From: Eledone cirrhosa
Lineage: Eukaryota
Assembly: GCA_964016885.1 (NCBI GenBank)
Contig: OZ024741.1
Coordinates: forward strand, 361,336,001 to 361,400,000
Length of the DNA stretch: 64,000 bases
Reading direction: 5' to 3'
Both the position numbers and the translations under genes were made by a program. Shown piece after piece: positions 54,963 through 64,000 of the stretch. The notes beneath the pieces were generated by a model that did no database searches, was not told the origin of the DNA, and worked only from the letters and a program-made list of their open reading frames with translations. Position 1 is the stretch's first letter. Each line of letters starts with the position of its first letter.

Positions 54963-57424
54963 ATGTACACATATTGATATACTATTATCTTATAACAATA
55001 CAATTTATTGAGTAGATAGATATATTGACATGATGATGTTATCATATAACAGCATTATATGTTGTGTGAGCATATCGATTTCATATTATCTACTATTTCA
55101 ATAAATATTTCAGATGTAGGAAATTATCCATGCCATGCATAGGCTCTTAACTTTTGATGAAGTCATAAGGGGGCTATCAATGTATATGACATGCCATGGA
55201 TATTTAAACCCTCACATGGTCTGAACACAGCTGATTTCTTCCACTGAGAGAAAGATAGAAAATAGGAAATTATAACTGTAGTTATTTGTCTTTAGCGAAG
55301 TCAGTGGCTCTAATTAAACCATGAGTGAGAAACATTAATGAATGATATAATGATTTAGAAAATGATATTTACAAGAAGATCTGTTCTTTTATTCTTTTAC
55401 TGGTTTCAGTTATTAGACTGTGGTAATGTTGAGACACTGCTTATAAGTATTTAGTCAGTCATATTAACCCCAGTGCTTATTTTCTTCAAGTTTGTTGTTT
55501 ATTTTATTAATCTCTTTTGTTGAACCACTATGTTACAAGACATAAACACAGACATGAACACAAACATGCAAACATATTCATACATGTGTGTATGTGCGTG
55601 TGTGCGCACGCGCGCGTGTGTGTGTGTGTGCATGTGTGTGTGTGTGGATTCTGTAATTTCTATTTACTAAATTTTGCTCACAAAGCTTGATCAACCTGAG
55701 GCTTTAGTAGAATATACTTACCCAAGATGTCATGTTGTTGGACTGAATCAAAACCACATGGGTACAAAGCAAATTATTTTTCCATACAACCATACCTAAG
55801 TATTGGATGTCTGAATCGAAAAGATCCCAGACATCATTTGCTTATTAAGTGGGGTGAAGCTCGTCAGATCAAACTAAGGAAACAATGTTTCCATTGGTCT
55901 TTCCAATTGCTAACTTCTGGTCACAACTCCAGGCAAAAGAAGCAACATGAAATAAAGTGTCTTGTTCAAGGACATAATGCATTACTTGACCTGGGATTTG
56001 AATTCACAACCTCACAATTATAAATCCAACTCTCTAACCACCAAGCCATGTACTTTTCACCTGAGTATTAAAACTGTAGAAATGCCATTAATTGCCTTAG
56101 CCTAGCACCAAATTAATGCATCACCCCTCAATTATGTTGACTATCTTGGTTAAGTACACTAATTTAATATTTCTGTTAAAGTAAATCAATAAATATTAAT
56201 CCTTTTGATACCAACCCATCTGAAACCACACTTGGTTTTACAAAGCTAAGCTGTTTATTTTAAAGATTTTATATTTATCTAAAAACAAAATTCCAGTCTA
56301 GTTATGCTTCAAACACCAGCAAAATAATGAGGAAGTAAATTATATTACTAAATCCCTCCAAATTTTTGATTATTTCCAAATTCAATTAACAATCATAAGC
56401 AGTATTTTTCATTAGAAATATGGTAAGAGAGGGGTTAAAACAAGCTATACTAGATAATTATTAGTCTGAATTGCAGTCCAGGTCCTGGAATGACTCATAA
56501 GACATTGCTGACAATAATTTTAGGCTTAGATTACATCACTATTTGTACTAGGTGCAATGTTGAGTATTTTCTGGGACTTTACTAGATAATTATTAGTTGA
56601 CAGTTTTAATACAAAGATATATCTGCAGATGTAGTTTTCCATGTCATTATGTGTCATTCATTCATGTTTCCTACTACTAATCTTAGACATTTCTATTATA
56701 CCTGGCTGAATGGTTATGAAGTTCATTTCATAATCATTAGGTCTCAAGTCCAATCCTACTTTGGCATCTTAGGCAAGTGTCATTTACCATAACCTCATGT
56801 TGACCCTACACTTTGTGAGTGAAATTAGATAAATGGAAACTGTTTGGAAGCCTGGTGGATGAACTGTACCTGCAATTCAATTACCTTGTAATACTCTGTG
56901 TCTCCCTAAGAATTACATTAAGAGTACATATGTCTATGGAATTAATTTCATGACCATTAATTTCATGACCAGTCTGGTCTAATTGAACGACTCATCATCA
57001 AAATCAATGGAAGTCCATGCCAACTGTAATGACAATATTACACCTTAGTGTCTACATCATCCATAATAATGTGTGATATGTGTTTTATATTTATAAATAT
57101 CTCCATCTGTAATTCCTTAAAATGTATACACATGTGCACATGCATAAACATATACACACAATGCATTTCCTATCTCTATCATGTTGTTACAATAAATTAA
57201 GTTCAGCCATGTCAGAAAAAAAAGGATTCATTTAACACTTTGATGCAATAATTTATCTTTTGTGAATTAAGTATCAAGTTGGTGTGAATGTAATCATGTA
57301 TGTAATCCTAGTATATATGGCATACCATATATAATCCTAGTATATATGGCATACCATATATAATCCTAGTATATATGGCATACCAATCCTGGACTCCTAT
57401 TGTCATCACTATATACTGCATAAT

Positions 57425-57605
57425 AATTGTTTCTACTTTTGGCACAAGGCCAGCAATTATATCACTGCATTACTGGTACTTTATTTTATCGACCCCGTAA
57501 GGATGAAAGGCAAAGTTAACCTCAGCGGGATTTGAACTCAGACCATAGAGGGACATAACTATGCTGCAAAGCATGGTGTCCAACCCACTGCCGATACTGC
57601 CAATC
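57425..57605 (-). mobile_element. SINE copy next to the LTR element
   Basis: Reverse complement of the same SINE family. Confidence 0.7.
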
Positions 57606-57622
57606 CATATGCAGTATATAGT

Positions 57623-58367
57623 TGTAACGAAATTTTGTGTGGTTGTAACGATAAGTGGAGAGAATGAATTGTTGGTATGATGGTTTCAATGTAAAGAATA
57701 ATACCAGGATTGTGTTGTTACAAAGTTTATTTTATTATAACAATATTCAATTTGAATATTGAATGATAAAATCAATAACACGAAATATTCGTACAATAAT
57801 TTGGTGGCTCTTCGAGCCACGTAAATACAAGTATCACAGAATACCATTATAATATAATTTGTACTGTATCTGAAAGATACAACGTGAATAAACAGAAATG
57901 GTGCGTGTGAAAATGCAAACAGTGTCAACTTACTATGAATGCGTGTGTACGTATCAGTATATTTGCTTGTTTTAGTAGTAGTAGTAAGTGACCAGCCCAG
58001 CGGGTGAGAAATAAGTGACAGACTGGTTTTTCGTAATGAGAGCTTGTAAATGCGACTTGTCTTATCTGTATATCACTTCTTTTCTCCCGGGGCGTAAACA
58101 ACCCCTGTATTTATAAGGGTTGAAGTTAGAAGGATAGATATATCCTCTGAACTTTGGTTAGAGTCTCCCAAGGGATTAGTTTGCCAAGCGTAAACAACTC
58201 AGAAAGATGGATATATCCTCTGACCTATTTTCTGTCAGGTGTAAACACCTCTGACCTGTGTTTAGCATCTCCCAAGGGGTTAGTCTCTTGAGTGTAAACA
58301 ACTTACCACGGCTTGTCCCAGAGGCAGGAAAGCTCAGATTCGGTTTTGAATCTTCGCCGCCGTTATA
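57623..58367 (-). repeat. 3' LTR
   Basis: TGTAAC...GTTATA termini on the + strand; polypurine tract adjacent at ~58371-58380. Confidence 0.9.
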
Positions 58368-58884
58368 GTACCCTCCTTCCAGTGAGAAAGCTAAGATTTA
58401 ACGATCTAGGTGCATGTGAAATGAAGATAGGTATGACTAGGTGTGTTGTTGAAGAAAATCAGTAAAAAAAAAAAAAAATACATGAAAGTCATTCACAAAC
58501 AGGCGAAATGAAAAAAAAAATACACGAAAGTCATTTACAAACAGGCGAAATGAAAGAAAACATGCAAAGCAAAAGAAATTTATATGCAGGAAAATGCACT
58601 GTGATGGTACATAAAATTGAAAATGTTCGTACAAAAAGTTTGTTGATTAAAAGTTCGTTCATTTCATAGAAACGGAAAAATGTTCTTTTGTCTGTTCTTT
58701 TGATATGGGTGATGCACAGAGTTAATTGATTTGTGTGTAGCAATAGTTCATGACCACAGAAATTGGCCGATTCGTTGAAATGTACAAATTAGCCGAAATG
58801 TTGACTAGATGCATAATTTGTACTTACTCGATCAACTTGTACGTATCGCGTGGGCCATTGGACTGTTCTTCCAGATTTGGTGTG

Positions 58885-61800
58885 TCAGGGTTGTGCAGAA
58901 TTTGTCGTGTTTGTGTCGGGCAAAGTTGTTGGTGAGTCTGCTGGAGAAACGGCGGGTACTGGTGGCAAATCCTGTTCTATGAATGCTTTTTTTAAACGAT
59001 CAATGGAGACAGTATTTCGTTTCCCCTTCAAGTCGAGGACGAAATACTTAGGGCGTTTCTGTATCACCTTATAGGGCCCGGAATACGGCGGACGAAGTTG
59101 CGATGGAATACCGTCATTTCTAACGAAAACATGCATCCATGTATCGATGTCTTCTGGTATGTGTGAAGTAACATGCTGTTGTTTAGGGGTTGAAGGAGAC
59201 AGATGCGACATCGATGACCGTAAACGGTGCACATATTTTGTAGGGTCTGGAAGTTCTTGTGGCGAAACAGGAGCAATCATTTGTCCGGGTAGAGTGAGTA
59301 CAGTGCCATACACCATTTCAGCTGGAGAATGTCCGACTCCCTCCTTAACAGCGGAACGAATACCAAGAAGAATGAGTGGGAGGTATTCGAACCAGTTAGT
59401 GGAGTCTTTGTAAGCCTTGATAGATGCTTTTAGCTGGCAGTGGAAGCGTTCTACCATGCCGTTAACGGCAGGGTGATACGCTGTTGTACGGATGTATTTG
59501 CACCCGAGGAGACGAATCAGCTCGGTAAATAGGTGCGAATCGAATTGACGTCCGCCTCCGTAGTGATGGTCGTGGGTGTGCCGAAACGCAAAACCCAGTG
59601 AAACACTAGCGTTTTGGCGACAGTTTCCGCAGTAATATCCGTCAGGGGAAAAGCTTCTGGCCAGCGAGAAAATCGGTCTACACAGGTGAGAAGATAAGTG
59701 TAGTTGTGAGAAGGAGGCAAAGGTCCAACGGTGTCTATGTGCACATGTTGGAACCGTGCATCAGGTGTTGCGAAAGAACCGATCAGAGCTTTGATGTGCC
59801 AGTGAATTTTTGCCTTCTGGCACGCGATACAGTTCCTAGCCCATTCCCGGGTGTCCTTGTTGATGTTGGGCCACACAAAGCAGGCAACCATCAGTTTCTG
59901 CGTGGCGCGGACGCCAGGATGTGCCAGAGAATGCAGTGCTGAGAAAACGTTGCGTCGATGTTTCTGGGGCACGTATGGGCGCTCGTGGCCTGTGGAGATG
60001 TTGCACCAAATATAACCCGAAGAAGAGGGCAGCGGGCATTCCTGCAATTTCAAGGATGATTTCCGGAGTTGCAGCAGTTCCTCGTCATTCTGTTGATCCG
60101 CTGCAATCTTCTGGAGGTCGATAGGGGCAGTGGTCTGGATTGCGTTAAGCTCCATGCGCGATAGGGCATCAGCTGCTGAGTTGGTGGCATCCTTAATGTA
60201 CCGAATATCAGTAGTGTACTGAGAAATGAAGTTCAGATGTCGGACCTCCCAGGGTGAGTGTCGGACAGGCTTGGCGTTGAACGCGTACACTAGTGGTTTG
60301 TGCTTGGTGTATATGGAGAACACACGACCTTCTAGCATGTGTCGAAAATGCTTGACGGTAAGGTATGCTGCCAATAATTCACGACTGAATGTGCTGTACT
60401 TAGTTTCGGCGGGTTTTAATCGCTTAGAAAAAAAAGATACAGGTCGCCAAATATTGCCAGAGAGTTGTTGAAGCACACCTCCAACTCCGAAATTGGATGC
60501 ATCAGTCAATAAACACATTGGGGCGTCAGGTTTGGGGTAACTCAGCATTGTAGCCTCAGACAACATTTTCTTCAACTCAGCGAAAGCGGTACATTCTTTT
60601 TCGCTGAGATTGATGTTTGCGTTTTTGGTTGTACGCTGCCGCAGCAAATCTGTGAGTGGTTGGGCTGTCTCTGCACAGTGGGGTATAAATCTTCTGTAGA
60701 AGTTAACCAGGCCAAGAAATTCTCGCAGTTTGCAGAGAGATGTAGGTTGTGGAAAGTCAATGATGGATTTGACTTTCTCCTTAAGTGGCGAATACCATCT
60801 TTGTCAATGATGTGTCCCAGAAAATGAAGGGACGCAACTCCGAACTCACATTTTCTGGGGTTGATAACAATTCCATATTCACGCAAACGTGTGAATAGGA
60901 GATCTAGGTGTTTCTCATGTTCTTCATCAGAGCTGCTGGCCACCAGTAAGTCGTCAATGTATGCGTATACAAAAGGTAGACGTCTGGTGACTGTATCGAT
61001 GAATCGCTGGAATGTCTGCGCTGCATTTCGTAAACCGAAAGGCATATGCAGAAATTCGAACATTCCAAATGGTGTTGTGATGGTGGTCTTAGGAATATCT
61101 GCAGGCTCAACGGGTATCTGATTGTAAGCTCGCACAAGATCGATCTTCGAAAATATGCGAGCCCCGTGCAGCGAGCTAGAGAAGTCCTGTAGATGAGGCA
61201 CTGGATAAGAGTCAGGAACGGTGCAGTTGTTCAGTGCATGGTAGTCGCCACAGATTCACCAGTCGTTCGACGACTTCTTGGTTACACAGTGTATGGGTGA
61301 GGACCAGTTGCTGCTGGACGGACGTATGATGCCGAGATCCAGCATGTGCTGAAATTCTTGTTTGACGGACTTCAGCCGGTCTGGTGGTAGCCTTCTAGGT
61401 CGTGCAGCGACAGCTGGGCCGTGTGTTTTTATGTGATGTGTGACATCATGTTTTACAGGGCAAGCGTTGAATAGTGGTCGAGCTACGTCTGGGTATTTGT
61501 TGATGATGTGGTTGTGCCGGGTTGTTGTTGTCGATCGTGAAATGACTGGACTGACTGTGGCTATCCTAGCAGCTATGCCGCTGGAGTTGTCAACGAGTCG
61601 TTGGTTTTTCAGGTCCACTAGCAGCGAGAAGTGCTGAAGAAAACCAGCTCCTAAAATAGGGGTCGGCAGCTTACCCACAATGAATGCCCACTGGAAAGTG
61701 CGGCGTAGTCCCAAATTTAGTGTCAGGGACTGTTCTCCATAGGTCAGAATATGTGAGTGATTCACCGTCTGGAGCCAGGCTGGTGTCTCTCTCCTTTTTC

Positions 61801-61990
61801 CAGGAACGCAGGAAACCGGGATGATGCTGACTTCAGCACCGGTGTCGACCAGGAAACGCGTGCCTGTGACGCGATCCTGAATGAAGAATAGGCGACTTTG
61901 GTTATGAGGGCCAGAAACGTCCATCGCATTCAGTTTCTGGCTGTGTTGTTTCCCTGATTCGTTTTCGAAACAAATGAACAGGGATAGCTG
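58885..61990 (-). pseudogene. pol: pol (PR-RT-RNaseH-IN), broken into four ORFs
   Basis: ORFs 61256-62032, 60572-61201, 59517-60647 and 58885-59457 carry consecutive domains. Confidence 0.9.
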
Positions 61991-62810
61991 CACTTTTGTG
62001 CTCGTCTCCTGAATTTTTGGTGGTACCAACACATTCCTGGTGAATCCTGAGATGCGCTCGGACTTCTTGAGCGACCACCAAATCGGCGAGTTCGACTGTT
62101 GGACCGACGCGTGGCAGGGGTGCCCAGTGACAAGGCCTTAATTTGTTGCGTCAAGGCCTGTATCTGTGTTGCTTGCTGTGCCAGTAACAGGTGTAGATCG
62201 GGCATCTCTGTGGCACTGGAGGGCTGAAGGAAAGGATTGGTGGGAGGCACGGCTGGCGTCACATTCGCTAAAGTTGAGTGCGGATGTGGTACCTCCATGA
62301 TCTTATCTGCCAGCTTGCGAGTTCTTCTATGGTGGTGAACTCCCTGGTGGATGTTAGTACAACTTGTGTGGCAGAAGGCAAACGATGGAGGAAGAGTTGC
62401 TTGAAAATTTCATCCGGGAGTTTATGTTCTCCCAGGAGCTGCTTCATTCGTCGTAGGAGTTGCGTCGGCTTTTTATCTCCTAATTCCTCCGATATGAGGA
62501 GCTGGTGCAAACGCTTCTGCTGCGACTCCGACGTCCTCTTAATTAATGTTCTTTTAAATGTCTCATATGACACAGAGCCGGGTGGTGCTAAAATGAGGTC
62601 TCGAACCTCATTCATAATCTCCGGAGACATCAAACCGATGACATGTGTGAGACGGGATGCCTCGCTAACGATCCGGTTCGATGCGAACTGCGCTTCGATG
62701 TGTGCGAACCACAGTGTTGGATCGTGAACCCAGAATGGTGGAATTCTTAATGTAAATGCCGCTCGGACTGCCATTTCTGCCATAGATGAATCGTTGTGTG
62801 CTAGAGACAT
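61930..62810 (-). pseudogene. gag: gag, frameshifted
   Basis: LRIPPFWxxDPxLWFAHIEAQF; ELGDKKPTQLLRRM; CHCC motif in a second frame. Confidence 0.85.
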
Positions 62811-62861
62811 CGTTTGTAGTGGATGATCAGAAGGTTGTGAGTGTTTTACGAGTTCACCAAT

Positions 62862-63600
62862 TGTAACGAAATTTTGTGTGGTTGTAACGATAAGTGGAGA
62901 GAATGAATTGTTGGTATGATGGTTTCAATGTAAAGAATAATACCAGGATTGTGTTGTTACAAAGTTTATTTTATTATAACAATATTCAATTTGAATATTG
63001 AATGATAAAATCAATAACACGAAATATTCGTACAATAATTTGGTGGCTCTTCGAGCCACGTAAATACAAGTATCACAGAATACCATTATAATATAATTTG
63101 TACTGTATCTGAAAGATACAACGTGAATAAACAGAAATGGTGCGTGTGAAAATGCAAACAGTGTCAACTTACTATGAATGCGTGTGTACGTATCAGTATA
63201 TTTGCTTGTTTTAGTAGTAGTAGTAAGTGACCAGCCCAGCGGGTGAGAAATAAGTGACAGACTGGTTTTTCGTAATGAGAGCTTGTAAATGCGACTTGTC
63301 TTATCTGTATATCACTTCTTTTCTCCCGGGGCGTAAACAACCCCTGTATTTATAAGGGTTGAAGTTAGAAGGATAGATATATCCTCTGAACTTTGGTTAG
63401 AGTCTCCCAAGGGATTAGTTTGCCAAGCGTAAACAACTCAGAAAGATGGATATATCCTCTGACCTATTTTCTGTCAGGTGTAAACACCTCTGACCTGTGT
63501 TTAGCATCTCCCAAGGGGTTAGTCTCTTGAGCATAAACAACTTACCACGGCTTGTCCCAGAGGCGGGAAAGCTCAGATTCGGTTTTGAATCTTCGCCACC
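62862..63600 (-). repeat. 5' LTR (outer ~6 nt missing)
   Basis: Direct repeat of 57623-58361 at offset 5239; PBS (TGG) 2 nt inside. Confidence 0.9.
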
Positions 63601-63882
63601 AGTAATGTAATAATAGTAATATAATAATACAAGAGAGAGTTCTTCAATTCTATTGTTATGGAATTAAAGGAGTGTCAGTTTTAGCTTTTTAGAAACTAGA
63701 ACTAAATAGGTTTAATTAGATTTAAAGAAATATTTCATTTTTGAATATATATATATATAACTGTGTAGCCTATTTGTCCATCTGTTACACAAATGTTATG
63801 CTGTCAAAAACATTCTAAAATTCTATGTAGAATTCATAAAACACAATTACAAAACAAAGACGTTGGGAGAGTGTTGTAAAAT

Positions 63883-63953
<71 letters not shown>

Positions 63954-64000
63954 TTAAATTTGGTGATTTACCAGTGGTTAGAATTGGTCATTCTCCAATG

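Larger units (their letters stand above)
57623..63600 (-). mobile_element. Ty3/Gypsy LTR retrotransposon, CsRn1-like clade, near full length, antisense within a calpain intron
   Basis: Two ~740-bp LTRs; gag with CWYHx9Cx3C (CHCC) motif; PR FLVDTGA; RT YIDD; RNase H TDAS; integrase H/C zinc finger, core and GPY; PBS tggtgaactcg; PPT ggaaggaggg. Confidence 0.95.

Noticed and set aside
57686-57928. Duplicated 80-aa ORF (also 62925-63167)
   Set aside because: Lies within the two LTRs, has no recognisable motif, and the duplication is explained by the LTRs

Overview
AT-rich, repeat-dense animal genomic DNA, most likely an octopus or other coleoid cephalopod (inferred from the SINE/RTE repeat types and TA/CA microsatellite load). 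The window lies inside one large + strand classical calpain gene. I can place ten in-frame exons by eye: the end of the protease core, the CBSW/C2-like domain, the linker and the start of the penta-EF-hand. They include two candidate frame-preserving microexons (30 nt and 12 nt) and a U12-type (minor spliceosome) intron. The introns hold RTE, R4/Dong and Penelope retroelement fragments, SINEs, MITEs, a non-autonomous Helitron, a 32-bp minisatellite and a near-complete CsRn1-type Ty3/Gypsy LTR retrotransposon. The most striking unexplained signal is RNA-structural. There are several minimal Penelope-type hammerhead ribozyme motifs, three of them inside long near-perfect head-to-head palindromes. 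A second small repeat family has ~140-bp termini showing compensatory base-pair changes around a CUGAUGA box. All calls were made by eye; no searches or folding programs were run.
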